DNA of 63,670 bases, counting the filler, from Choristocarpus tenellus KU-1152 (taxonomy: Eukaryota > Protista > Phaeophyceae): the NCBI GenBank assembly GCA_964200185.2. It is 9 parts of 9 records of this genome, joined end to end, with 100 filler letters (N's around TTAATTAATTAA, not from the genome) between each part and the next. Parts side by side here need not be neighbours in the genome. Positions count along the whole stretch, not along the records: positions 48,747 to 52,632 come from CAXNAD020017368.1; positions 52,733 to 58,197 come from CAXNAD020010701.1; positions 58,298 to 63,670 come from CAXNAD020010999.1; 6 more parts are not named here. The stretch is one strand, 5' to 3'. Positions within the stretch are counted from its first letter, which is position 1. Each line of letters starts with the position of its first letter. Of the stretch, positions 51,242 to 63,670 are shown piece after piece. Made by a program: the position numbers and the translations under genes. Below the pieces are notes generated by a model. That model made no database searches, was not told the DNA's origin, and saw only the letters and a list, made by a program, of their open reading frames with translations.

Positions 51242-51873
51242 GAAGCGGGGATCTGGCAGACCATCAAACAGCAGTACTCCTTTGATCCTGGACGAAATCC
51301 AAGACTTACCAAATCCTTCAGAATTTCCTCTATATGCTTGTCAACCAAGATGGAAAGGACGAGGGGGAAGGAAACAGGTGGAATTGGAAAGATCTTGTTC
51401 CTTGTTTCTTGGACGAGAATATGAAGTTTGTGCCCTTGGCCAGCGCGCTGCAGAGGTACTAGCTTGGGAGAAACATGAATTCACATCTGATGTCTACGTT
51501 AAGTCCTTCGTCGAATCGATCAAAAAAGATATCTTAGCACCGGACACACTCACCAGGTGTACAACTCGGCATTGTTCCCAATGTTAAACTACCCCAGGAT
51601 GGGGTGACACCGACGTACCAACCCTGTCTGTCAGACAAGACTAAAAATTATTGAATCAAGCTTGAGATGTTCGGATCTTAGGCAAGGAAACGCACAGAAT
51701 TCATCCACTGTGCACCAGAAGGACATAGTCAAATGGAACGCCAGGGACATTCCAGCTGTTGAGGGATGTTCAGCGCTGGCGATGAAGTGGTCTTGATCAG
51801 GGAAGAGTTTGAGGTGTTGAGTGCCAGCTTTGTTGACGGAGTAGCGACAGTTCGCCTGTCGCATGCGAAGAGG
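51242..51873 (+). CDS. Two putative exons (51242-51556, 51774-51873) of an unidentified gene
   Basis: AG/GT-bounded, open and phase-compatible: KRGSGRPSN...DTLTS|AGDEVVLIREEFEV...HAKR. No family recognised. Confidence 0.35.
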
Positions 51874-52795
51874 GTGAGCCACGCTAATATTCTTCTAAAC
51901 CGTAATTTCTACAGAACAATATTTTATCCTGGTATGCAAGAATGTGTATTGGCTTACAATACCGAATTCGGGACGTTAAAATAAATAAAAAAACAATGTT
52001 CAACTTAGAATTTTGTCTTGTGTAGATTTTTTTCCCTTCGGAAACCTAAGTTGTTTATTTGTTTCTGTTCTTGTCAAAGACCTCGAACAACTCCTGTCTA
52101 TCACAAACTACCATCTTACGCAACCATCTTCACGGTCACCCACATCACCCTTCCCCAATATCACCAAATATCGTTGTGGAGCTGTAGGATGCACTACCGG
52201 GTCCCCGCATCGTCCCCCTTCAGGTTAACCTCATCCCTAACTTCTCAGACATTCACCACAACAACCTGGATGACACGTTCACTATCCTGCCTGGACAATA
52301 CCAAAGATTAACTTCGGAATCCAATCAGCAATCCCTTGGAGGGATACCTGTCTGCTTTTAAAGTATCCCCAAAATCATCAAAAAGGATAAAGGTGATAAA
52401 CCCAGATAGATTGCTTGGTGTCTGTAGAGTGATCGATTAAATTTAAGTGGGGCATGCAAGGCCCCATAAAATCAGAAATATTTGCTTTTATATGTGAAAA
52501 ATTCTCATCCAACTAATCACTAGTAAAAGGTTCTGATAAATCAAACACTAATTGACTGTTCCATTACTCCATACATATTTTACCGTAACTGTCCGATAGA
52601 GTCGGAAGAGTCTAATCGAACACCCTCCCTAGNNNNNNNNNNNNNNNNNNNNNNNNNNNNNNNNNNNNNNNNNNNNTTAATTAATTAANNNNNNNNNNNN
52701 NNNNNNNNNNNNNNNNNNNNNNNNNNNNNNNNCCCTCCTTTATATTGTGAGTTTTCAGAAAGAAATCGAGGTCGGGGGGGGGGAAAAGGAAGGGT

Positions 52796-52840
<45 letters not shown>

Positions 52841-53863
52841 CTTTACTGCCCCGACCTGGAGAAACTCTTCATTTTCTTTATACCTTCCCCTTGCCTTTTT
52901 ATGTTGCTATGTACTGGTCACTATGGGATTTACCGTTGATAGTTACGGATGTGATACAGCCTGCAAAACTTCATATTGTAGGTCTGGATACCCTGGTGTG
53001 TATTGTAGTTATTTTCTGTGTTATCTCCATCGTGTGCTCTATGCTTTGCCTCGGAGGACACACCCAACCGGTGTACCAAGCAGTAATATATGAGTTAATT
53101 ACTACTAATACATGTATGTTATGAATGGATTACAATTCTAGTTTGATGTAGCTGACAAGTCAATTCTTGTACTATCAATTAGCAAAGTCTGAAGCTTTGG
53201 GTCATTTACCACTGTGTATACTAAGTTGGTCGGGGCTTATGTCTTACATAGTTGCGTCCTATGCAACCTTAGTCACATTGTCTTTCATAAATGTTGATTG
53301 AAGATGTGAGTACGTACCAGCTGCAGCTCTGCTTCATAGCAAGAGATTACTACCATTTTTTTCTTATCCATTAAATGATGCAAACAAGCGAGCTATACTT
53401 CCTGTATTACCTGCTAAGGAAGTGGCAGCTTATTGCTGTATCACTACAGCTATGCTCTTGAATAATACTTCAAAGTAGTAGATACGCAGACCTTCTGCTA
53501 CTATAGGGAGGGGGGGGCAGTATGCTTGCTCGAGGGAGAGAATGACCGTGACAGACAGCAACAGTGGCTGCTTTGAATCTGAGAATTGCTGTTTTATGAT
53601 AATCGACCTCAACTAATTTGACAGGACAAGGTGCCCTTAGCACCTTGGGAACATACAAGCTTTTTATCGCTTAACATAAAGTGGAACAAAGTTTTTTTGA
53701 ATCAGTAATGTATGAACTGTTTCCTTATTACCTGAAAAAATGCAAACCATATCAAGCACAGGACGAAATTGAGGTACTAATGGAGGGGTTGCCCTCCAAT
53801 ATATCTGGTCATCAAAACCTGGCACGTTGGCAGTGTATTCAACAATCTCCCAGTTGGGCTGGT

Positions 53864-54113
53864 GAGTCAAAGTAAACGGGAGATACCCAGAATTGAATTT
53901 CAAGGATCTGACAAATGTGTGTGTGAAATTCGATAAATTTTGCTAATTCTTACAAGAATTTCTCATGATTCTATCCAAAATTTTGAAACAATAGAAAAAT
54001 CAACAATCTCCAGTTGAACCTAGCTGGTCATCCATACAAGTATGGGTGGAATGAGAAAGATCGAAAAACTGACAAAAAATAAAAAACGTTCAACCTATGA
54101 TTTACTTTGGATC
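53864..54113. mobile_element. MITE family B (opposite orientation to 30728)
   Basis: GAGTCAAAGTAAACGGGAGATACCCAG...TTTACTTTGGATC. Confidence 0.75.
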
Positions 54114-54879
54114 TGGTACCGTTGAAAGTATGTTCCAGGCTCTTTTGAGCCACAGCATCAGGGCAATCTGGTAGGGTGTCCCACAGATAGATGGGGTATT
54201 TGAATGGGTTGGAGTTTGCAAGCCCTAACTAATTGGGTGGATGACATGAGTTTAATCCTCCTCATAGGGAGTGTCACGGATTGATGAGAGTATTATTGCC
54301 CGCATTGGAGCATCATGCTCTGCGAGGACCATGGAAGCATTGATGGAGTAATAACCACATCCCCATAGTAATATACAGACGGTTAATCTTCTTTGAACTA
54401 CTGGGGGGGTTAGGGTTGGGGTTGGGGTTAGCCTTATTCATGTACTTAAAGTCTAGTCACTATGGAATACATGGGGGTGCGGGTATTACCACATCAATTG
54501 AGTCCTGTTTCAATCTGTCCTTTACCGTTGTGGTTTTGTGATGTTTGTCGTTTCTATGCAGTCCCTGTGGGGGGGTTTCAGACTATTACCGTTGTTGAAA
54601 CCAACATAAAATCTAGAAATGAGCAGATCGCAAGTGGAAGTGACTGCTTTTCTAATGGGGAAAACAAAAACGAATACAAATGAACTCCTTCCTCTACTTC
54701 GAAGACATCAGTTCAGTCCTCTGGTAGTACACTGGAGTCGAACAATAACTGATAGGTGGGGTAGCCCTCCCTTGCCATGGAAGCAACATGTATGGAGTGA
54801 GGGGGTAAGGTAGGACATAATTGTGTGGAGGAAGTTGAAGGGTTGGTGTTTCGGTTTTGAGTCCGATAAATATGAATGT

Positions 54880-55300
54880 TTAGTTGAATATAAATTCAAG
54901 ATCGTACCTCTATGTCGTACCTGTACTGCAAAGACATTCGTTGGATTTACAGGGTTGAATGTATGGGAAAGGAGGCTTAGATTGTGGTTAGATGGTTTGA
55001 TCGAGTGAAGGTATATGTTGTGTGGTCTTCATCCTTGTATGCATTATTGACACCGATTTGTTGGACTTGATGATCTTCCACAGTTGTAGAAATATCGAAG
55101 TTAACTGTAGTAAGTGGGAAACGACACTCCAGGAACCCGACATTCAATACATGGACCATTTGCTCACCTGATGCACGAGTATGGGAGAGCTTGGTCTCAA
55201 GTTAAATTGTTACCAAGGATATCATGTTAAGACAACGGCTACTCATTCGATTTGCCTTGATACGATACAGTATCTTCAGTCCATACTGAACGTTGATTTG
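54880..55300 (-). mobile_element. Highly degraded Copia-like reverse transcriptase remnant
   Basis: YRIKAN, VQQIGVNNAY and PCKSNECL weakly resemble YKIKAD, QLDVxxAF and CKLxKSLY. Confidence 0.3.
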
Positions 55301-55699
55301 TCCATTGCAATGGTCGCTCTTCCCATTTACATCATTAATTCGTCATCACAGCTTACTCGACCACTGTCAGAACATAATAGTACATAGGAAGCATAGGAAC
55401 AGTCGCTACCTATCACACATACAGGCACACTATGTGTCACAGTAGTTACCTTAGATATCGATTCGAGCTTGCCCTCTTGTTTCTACCTCGTTTTACTTTT
55501 TCATACAAGTTATCAGTGGCATAGTATGTGTTTATTATTCTTTACTTCACTGTGCAATATGTACCAGACACACGCCAGGGTGCAATATAATCAGAGTTAA
55601 ATCCATCCTTCAAAACCCATCCTTCAAAACCCTTCTCAGGTAAGGTAACAACCCTCTTCGTAGAGGATGAATTTCTTCATTTGAGCGTCTCAATAATGA

Positions 55700-56085
55700 C
55701 CACACATTTCTCTTCAACCATAGTCTGATTGAGTAAAGCATGCCCTTCAGACGCACCAGAACGAACCCGCAGGTGTTTTGTTGCCCTATGACACACACTT
55801 TTCTCTAAGCATGCTAAGCACAGCACAACCAAACACACTTCACATCAATTATAGTCTGCTTGAGTAAAATATGCTGCGAGACGTACCAGTACATATTTCA
55901 CATCAACCATAGTCTGATTGAGTAAAACATGCCTTCAGATGCACCAGACCGGACCCGAAGGTGTGTTGTTGAACTGTGACACACACTTGCCCCAAAACGT
56001 GTTTACCGCAGTACAACCAAACACGCTTTCACATCAATCATTGTCTGCTTGAGTAAAACAGGCCATCAGACCTAACAGAACAAAT
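55700..56085. repeat. Tandem repeat, about 190 bp period, built of long and short subunits
   Basis: Motif CATCAA..AT(A/T)GTCTG(A/C)TTGAGTAAA occurs four times (near 55712, 55843, 55902, 56033) with alternating spacing of about 131 and 59 bp. Confidence 0.85.
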
Positions 56086-57581
56086 TCACCAGTGCTTTGT
56101 TGCACAATGATAACCTTCGCTACCTCGAACTAGCCACACCACAACAAGGAACAACTCATACGAAACCAGGTTTCAACATATCGACGCAAAGCAAACACAC
56201 TCTCGCAAACAACTAAAACCACTATTAGCTCTGAAGCACTTCGACTTTGATCAGAGCAAGAAATATCAAGATTTCATGAGGTGGAAGCGAGAGTGAAGTT
56301 AATGGTAGACCCCTGTTCATCCTCTTCATGTTAAAACATAGGCTACTCATTTGTTTAGTGTTGATATGATACACATACTACCAGCTTGTACTGACTGTTC
56401 ATTGGTGCACTGCACTGGTTGTTAGTGTTCATATATTTACTGCGCATCCCAACTCATCATCACATCGATGATAGTAGATAGAAGTATAGCATCAGTTGAT
56501 ATTCAGTTGATCCACATCACACACAGGAACATCATAGCACACGTCATTCAAGTTACTTCGGAACTTGCATCAAGTACATTCCACTGTTACCTTGTGTTCC
56601 GTTTTTCTATTTTTTTTGTTGTTGTCTGCCATTTCTGTTCTTTCTTTTTATATGCACGGTAAATATTGATTATTATTTTTTATTGATTGTCATTGTCCCC
56701 TCACTGAGAACCTCAAGCTCACTCTGCAATAGTGCCCCTGACGCACACTTGGATGTAATACACACAGAGTTAAAACCATCTACGGAAACCTACTGAAACC
56801 CTTGTCAGCCAAGGTAACAAGCCTCTTAACAGAGCATGGACTTCTTTCACTGAGTATATCATGAAATAACACTGAATTTACATCACACCATTCTTAACTG
56901 AGAGATCAATGACTTCAGTTGCAACAGAACAAATACATCAGTGCTTTACTTCGCAACCACATCTACTCATATCACGGACTACGCATCCTACTCATCGCTG
57001 CTTTGCAACACCATGATTCCTCTTCACTCGTAGTCTACGTATTTCACTTACATATACAATGCATTCGATTCAGGTTTCAACAGGTTATGAGCCTCACACG
57101 ATTCCCCTTCACAAAACGTGACCCCATCATCCACATCATCACACAGTGCCCCCAATCACACCACATCATTGTATAGATGGGCAATACGGTACTCTGCAAC
57201 GTGATTCATTCCAATATCCTGGTTGTCAGTCGGGGACTCGTGAGGCTCTTTCAACCCAGCCATGCCTTGACAATCTGGACGGTACTAGTCAACCGTACTT
57301 GAGCAGGAGGTGGAAAGCATGTGGAATACAAGGTCGAGAGAATAGACGGCCAGTTGATGGTCACTTCCCTCTTCGTCCCTAGGGGAGCCCATTTGGGAAT
57401 GATCATGGTTTAGTTGACACCATCATAGGAAGTGACGAACGCCATAGACTGATGCCGTTCACACTACTTCTTCCTCAAGCATTGTTTATAGCCCGTTTGT
57501 CTGCCTCTAACCATTTTTTTTTACCTCTATTTCAGCCAAGGTGATAAATACTATGAAAACTTGCTTCTACACAGTTCTTCG

Positions 57582-57925
57582 TGCAGGTACCCATCTATTC
57601 GAAATATCCTTTTTATTTAAAAGGTTTTGTATGTCTGGCACCACCATTGAAGAACAAAAGGAACATGATTTAACTGTAGACACAGTATGTGATGTACCAT
57701 ATATTTCAGAGGTATTCATTAATAAAGATCCCTCAGCTCACGTTTTTCATGTATATTCTGTTCCACTAGTAGCTTTTTGCGCAGATACCCATCTACTCCG
57801 AACTTTTATCGTTTTTATCACAAAGAGTTCGCGTATCTGGCATCGTCAAAGAACAAGAAGAAGATGACTTAGCCATTAACACAGCTAGTGGTATACCATG
57901 TATTTCAGAGGTATTTGCTCATAAT
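57582..57925. repeat. Diverged tandem duplication, about 200 bp
   Basis: GCAG(G/A)TACCCATCTA...TCTGGCA...AAGAACAA...TATTTCAGAGGTATT occurs twice (near 57582 and 57781). Confidence 0.8.
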
Positions 57926-57964
57926 CACTGCGTACCCCTCAACCACCGCCCAAGCCTTTCCTTC

Positions 57965-58095
57965 CATACTCCTTTGGCACCATCGGTTTGCCCACCTCAA
58001 TGAACGGGATATGCTGCGCCTGAAAACCATCCATCTCATCATCCAGGACTACCCTGCCACAGCCCACCTGCCACCCTGCCCCTCCCTGCTCCGTG
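57965..58095 (+). mobile_element. Copia-type GAG-pre-integrase relic
   Basis: LLWHHRFAHLNERDMLRL...PCPS matches LWHxRxGHxN...CxxC. Interrupted by a MITE at 58116. Confidence 0.6.
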
Positions 58096-58115
58096 AAGAA
58101 GTCCACACCAATCAT

Positions 58116-58197
58116 GCTCAAAGTATATGGGGGGGGGGGGTGGCGGCTGTCCATTTGGGGTCAATTTTTTCGTGTTGCGATTGTTGGGTTATTTGGT
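58116..58197. mobile_element. MITE family C, partial at contig end
   Basis: GCTCAAAGTATATGGGGGGGGGGGGTGGCGGCTGTCCATTTGGG runs into the gap. Confidence 0.8.
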
Positions 58198-58297
58198 NNN
58201 NNNNNNNNNNNNNNNNNNNNNNNNNNNNNNNNNNNNNNNNNTTAATTAATTAANNNNNNNNNNNNNNNNNNNNNNNNNNNNNNNNNNNNNNNNNNNN

Positions 58298-58366
58298 CCC
58301 CATGGGAAGCCAAGCCCCAAATGGACAAACAGGGCAAAATTCGTACCCTCTAAGATACTTTCTCTC
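58298..58366 (+). mobile_element. MITE family A, right end at contig start
   Basis: Matches family A right arm; begins at nearly the same base as the 19199 copy. Confidence 0.85.
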
Positions 58367-59684
58367 AAGGGAAAGAGACTTGGCACAGAAAGAGGCTCAA
58401 TATCAATTCTAATGTTGCACTGCTTCTGTGAGGAAGCTGCACAATTTTTTTTTGGGTTGATAAGTGGTGGAGGTATGTCATATCTCATAGAGGGCAAGAA
58501 AATGTATATTACATAGATGTTCATGCATTGCACATGATACATGCATGATGTAGTATAGACGGGAGAGGAAGAGGAAAAGAGAGGAGAGCATGAGAGATAT
58601 ATGCGTATAAGTGCCTGCATATATATATATATATATATATATATGCAGCATATCCAGCATTCAGTTTCTGTGTCCAGTAGATAGCAAAAGTGCGAAAACG
58701 AAATAATTTGTGCTTGAAGAGTGCGCCACACACACACCATCAATACAACTTCCAAGATTACAGAGTAGTTGATAAAAGTAAAGGGAAAGTAATAGAATTT
58801 TGTATCTCTGGGTTCAAAACTCACGTGTTCCCAAAGTGTTCGAGAGAAGAGGCTGCAACCACCATAGGGTTTCTGCTGCTCTTTGTAAGTTTATGGGTGC
58901 CGTGAAACGTGTACGTCGTCCCAGCATAGTATCAAAATCATGTTCCGATGGTGTTAATCACTACCCTCCTTCGTTTAAAGGCGATTTCACCAAAGCAGGA
59001 CACAATATCAGCCTTCGAAAATCAAGCAGAACTGATGCAGTACCGTAAAGACAATATGATAAACAGTACTGTCCAACATTGTAAACAAGATCAGCTTACT
59101 TGAATTTCTTCACACAAGTAGACTAACTGTCCACTAGAAAGTCATGCTATATCTACTATTGCACTCAGCTATACTAGTATACCTCCATTTCTTACGCTCA
59201 GGTAGACCACCTCGAGGTTGCCTTACAGCAATGGATGAACCGTCATGTCTCAAGGATACCTTATCGTACACGCCTGTGATGAGGTGTGTTTGGTGTACTG
59301 TGTAATGTTCTTTATCTCAAAGAATGCGGGCCATGCACTTTAGATGGACAAGGCACAAGACATACTCAGACTCCACCTAAGGATGGAATTTTTTGCTTCC
59401 TCGCCACGGAGAAGGGAAGGCTGCTTCTTCATGAATGACTTACAACAAGTGTGTCAATTTAATACCATCCAATTATCTGAGGGAAAATATTCCAAGGTAG
59501 AGGATCCTTTTGCGATCATTGAGCATGATGTGTGTTGTCCCTGGCGACAGAAAATGTACAAAGGTGTTTTTTTGTGTATTGCTATTTCAACTGACCATAA
59601 CGTCATGGCGAAAAGTACCACCATATCCACCAGGAAGAGATCACGATTTTCTTCATAATGTACATATTTTCCATATTTTGTTGG

Positions 59685-59943
59685 GAGTCAAAGTAGAAGA
59701 GAGGTACCCCCAGGATTGCATTTTATCGACGCAGACAGATGTGCTTAACCCATCTTCTCGTACAAACGCGTACAGATAATCTTATTTATTCCGAATAAGT
59801 TTTGTAAACAATAGAGAAACCAATCCTCCCAAGTCAATCTCAGTACTTCATCTATAGAAATATGGGCGATTTACAAAAGATTAAAATAGTGACATGAAAC
59901 TCAAAACGGCCAAAACCTGGGTACCTATCGTTTACTTCGGTTC
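59685..59943. mobile_element. MITE family B (opposite orientation to 30728)
   Basis: GAGTCAAAGTAGAAGAGAGGTACCC...GGGTACCTATCGTTTACTTCGGTTC; 26 bp from a family A copy. Confidence 0.8.
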
Positions 59944-59969
59944 TGAATTCATGCACACAATTTACTTTT

Positions 59970-60228
59970 GAGTGAAGTATCTTAGAGGGTATGAGTTTTG
60001 CCCTGTTTGTCCATTTCGGGCTTGGCTTTCCATGTTGTTTTTTTATGACATATTCATACTCCAAAATGTTTAGGCGTAGGTAAAATGTGTATGTTTTCAA
60101 AAGTTGTGTCCGAAACATAGATATTGACACTTCCTAACAAATACGATAGCCAAAATTACATCAAAATCGCACCATTGGATTTTGACCTCCAAATGGATGC
60201 AACTCTACGCTCTAAGATACTTTGGTTC
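59970..60228 (-). mobile_element. MITE family A, full copy, inverted
   Basis: Reverse complement of family A; flanks TTT/TTT. Confidence 0.9.
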
Positions 60229-63200
60229 TTTTGCCCATTACAGATGCAACGTACAGCATAGAACTGTATCCAGAGTAATTCTAGGTCTATCTATGTGTGT
60301 CCCTCTATAGCCTATTATTCTGTCCAGCTTGTCGTTTCTAGCCCCTTGGTGTACAGTCCTTAGCTCTTTCCAGTTTTGACTTTCTACATCTCGTGCAACA
60401 AACACTCCATGACACATGGTCAAATGAGAGAGAAACCTTTGATATCATGACTGGAGCATAATTTGCTCTGCTCGTCCAGAAAAGAAGAATCAATCAGCAC
60501 CTGGTACGGTGTGAAAAATGCTCTTCTCGATTTTACAGCAGAGATAGAAACGAAATATAACCTCACTCAGACTTGACTCGTTGTTCACCTTGTACTACAA
60601 GTGATGAGTGAGGGACAGGAGTAATAAGAACATAATTCAATGCATGCTTGATACAGCGCTGTCTATTTCTGTGCGTCATAAATGTTGACATGTGATGTGA
60701 TGTTGGACAAACTTGATAAATATGTGCGACTTATATTCATGCAATTCAAATTGTAGTGCATTGAACAGTATTGCAGAATTGGTAGAGTTGACCTCTATAC
60801 CAGGGTATGACTGCGAGGGAAGGAGTTTGAAATGAACTTGGTATGGGATGGATGAACGGAAAAAGTATGGAGGGAGGTGTGACTATCACTACCACTGAAT
60901 GTTGGGTTATGTTTCTGTGACCAAGATATAAGATCTGAGATGTGAAAAACTGGTAATTTTGGGTTTTTGGAGTGTTCTGTACTGTGTCAAGGGAAATGTA
61001 CCGCTTCAAGTGCAAGAACTCAACACTGCCCTGCAGAAATTGTGTTCTGTCCACCACTATTTGTTTGTGCTAGTAGAGTACACATGCTTCAGGCCTGGAA
61101 CTTGAGTAGAGCGCACCTTGGTGGCTTGGTGTGGTAGTAGCTCAATACCACAAGGTGATGATGTATGGAAGTGGACTGATGGCCACTAAAATACTCCGAA
61201 GTATCTGACAATATTCAGATGACCTACTGACATATGAAATCCCTTAGGTGCGGGCATCATAAGGTCTGTTCAAATTGACGGCTGTAAGCACTAATCTGCC
61301 CATGGACATGTATCAAGTCCAAAAACAGACTGGCTTACATAGCTAGAAGAACACGCTATCATGCTAAGGAACATAAAATGCGACAATCAGCCTAGAGTAT
61401 GGTAAATATTTCAAAAAATTGCATAAAACAATAATTAGCCAAACATAAGCAAAAGCAGTACAATACATGATGATGATTCTGTTACACTATTTTTTTTTTT
61501 ACTTCCAAGCAGGTTCAAAGGAGAGGAAACCCCCCTGATGGAAATAGAAAATATATAATTTTAAAGAGACAAGTAACACAGGTATGATATTGTGCAGGAA
61601 TAACTATATGATTTTCATAAACCACTATCAAAGAGCAATCACACTGGTTAGAAGTGTGCCCCTTAACATCACTATATTCAGCGCAACTCTTTGTATGTTG
61701 CCTCCATGTTGCATCCTGTTTGTAGCTAGGCCTACTTCAGTGCCCAACCTCCGGCAGAATCTCGACTGTCTTTGAAGAGTAGACCACAAGGGTAGGTGGT
61801 GTTATTAAGGCCTAGGGCAGGGCCATCCACAAACACACGATCAAAACCAGACCTGAGGTTTAGGACGAGTTTATTTTAACAATCAAAACTTCCTTCTTTG
61901 GAAAGTGGGGTGGGCTAGGTGTTGTTCTCCTTTTCCGAAAACTTGCAACAGAATTTTTTGGTGTTAGGCCTTGGCAGCAGGTAGCCACTGAAAGTCTTAT
62001 TAGTCGCCCTTTTATGATATTGCCCCAATTTTTTTGGACTTTTTCTGGTCAACACCTTGGCCTGCTCACCCGAGGGAAAAAATATGCCAGATACGAAACA
62101 CTGGCTGTTCACATCCTTCATATATAGAACTCTTGGCCTCACTCAGTAGTTACATTGTACAGTAGTTGGAAATCTGATGCTGCCAATGCCCAAGAGTTCT
62201 GATTAAGCTGTCCTGCAGAAGTGCGGTGGATATCCCACCATTGGCAAAATTTTCATTACATTTACCAAGTCATCCTTGGCTTATGCGGAAAAGAACAAAC
62301 TGCTTGTAAGAAGCCCTGGGATTCTTCCCAGTGTAGTTGGGTTGGTGGCATTCTAAGAAGCAAACTTTGGGGTTAACATTGAGCCGATACAAATGAGAGA
62401 TACCCCAAGGTTGCATTTAAATTATACTCACAAAAGTACAAGATTTGACTTTTTGTATGAGTAAACGCATACAAGGACCTTTCTGAATGGTGTGGAGGAA
62501 TTTTTTCAATCAATAGAGAAATCAATGCTCTCAAGTTTGTCAACCTCAGCACCTTATCCATAGAAATAAGGTTGAATGACAAAATATGAAAAGGGTTGAC
62601 TTAATGTGCAAATGCCCAAAATATGGGTACATCTCATATACTTTGACTCATTTGGTGTTCTTGGCAGAAAATAATTTTCCCTGGAACCTCTGTTAAGCAA
62701 AAGGATAGCATCATCGTCCCCAATTTCAATCATCATCATGAGGCTCTTCTTGGGGGTTTCTCACACCTTTGGAATCCACGATGAAGGGGAAATCCGTATG
62801 ATCGTGCACCTTCCATAACACGAAAATCCAGCAAGCGCCTCAGTCTGCTGATGCCTTCAGGTAGTGGACCTTGATAGTAAATGGTTGTGGTGTGCAACAG
62901 TGATAGAACATTGACACTTTATTTTTGTGCCCGTTAGTGGACCTCCAGAACTTACAAGAACCTCGATGAAATAGATGTACTATGCAGTACCAAACTATCG
63001 AAGGTTGGCATTATCCTTGCATGTCATGGATCATCTCATGTCTTGTGAAGCCTCATCAAGACTTTTCCAAGAGAGTGCAATACCTTTGGTCAAATGCTGT
63101 TCTAACTTGACAATTGGAAATTAGAAGGGCATTGGGTCAACTCTGCGAAGTATGCCCCAATATCTGTCAGTCAATGATTCTAACAAAACACAAGCTTTTC

Positions 63201-63434
63201 ATCAACCTACAAGGTGGTCAATACGACAAACCTTTAATGAAGTTATCCTGGACGACAAACCCTGCCAAATTTGTCAGCTTTGTCACATCATCTGGAACAG
63301 TTCCTGGAAGAAAGTATATTCACAGAATGACAGGGCTTTGGCTTAATTCTTACAAAGCCTAATCCAATACTGCAATGACTATTCTAACCCTGGCGCTGCT
63401 CAAATCATTTAGTTCTTGGGTACTGAGAACCTTA

Positions 63435-63670
63435 GAGTCAAAGTATCTTAGAGGGTAGAGCCGCATCCATTTGGGGACCAAAATGTTATGTTGGTTTTCG
63501 ATGTAAATTTGGCTATCGTGTTTGTTAGGAAGAGTCAATATCCTTGTTCCGGACACACCTTTTCATAACATATACATTTTACCTACTCCGAGATATTTTG
63601 GAGTAGAAAAATGTCATAAAAACCTCGAGAAAAACCAAACCCCAAATGGACAAACAGGGCAAAACTCGTA
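63435..63670 (+). mobile_element. MITE family A (cut by window end)
   Basis: GAGTCAAAGTATCTTAGAGGGTAGAGCCGCATCCATTTGGG start with family A interior. Confidence 0.9.

Noticed and set aside
52773-52837. Long G tract as a functional G-quadruplex
   Set aside because: It lies next to a contig end, so homopolymer length is unreliable, and there is no functional evidence.
61800-63350. LINE reverse transcriptase remnant on the minus strand
   Set aside because: Only faint motif resemblance amid many stops; too weak to call.

Overview
Eukaryotic, intron-rich nuclear DNA. A stramenopile, probably a brown alga or relative, is inferred from the transposon protein motifs. The window is nine contigs joined by artificial 100-bp linkers (44 N + TTAATTAATTAA + 44 N), so adjacency across linkers is not established. 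Splicing by hand recovers these host genes: an unknown minus-strand gene (207-2191), a CCDC66/CSPP1-like coiled-coil gene with a GC-AG intron (6761-18732), a PPP-family Ser/Thr phosphatase (33484 to 19333, 3' end lost at a gap) head-to-head with the start of a kinesin-5-like gene (34351-38165), and two exons of a TBCE-like LRR gene. Introns and intergenic DNA are rich in transposons. About 24 copies of three MITE families share a GAGTCAAAGTA-type terminus and make 3-bp target duplications of variable sequence; one copy is cleanly nested in another. Also present are an internally deleted pogo-like element with both TIRs, a spliced and frameshifted Sola/DUF7869-like transposase, relics of PIF/Harbinger, IS630/Tc1, RLE-LINE and Copia elements, and several tandem repeats. 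The best candidate for something undescribed is the MITE clan and its unidentified transposase.
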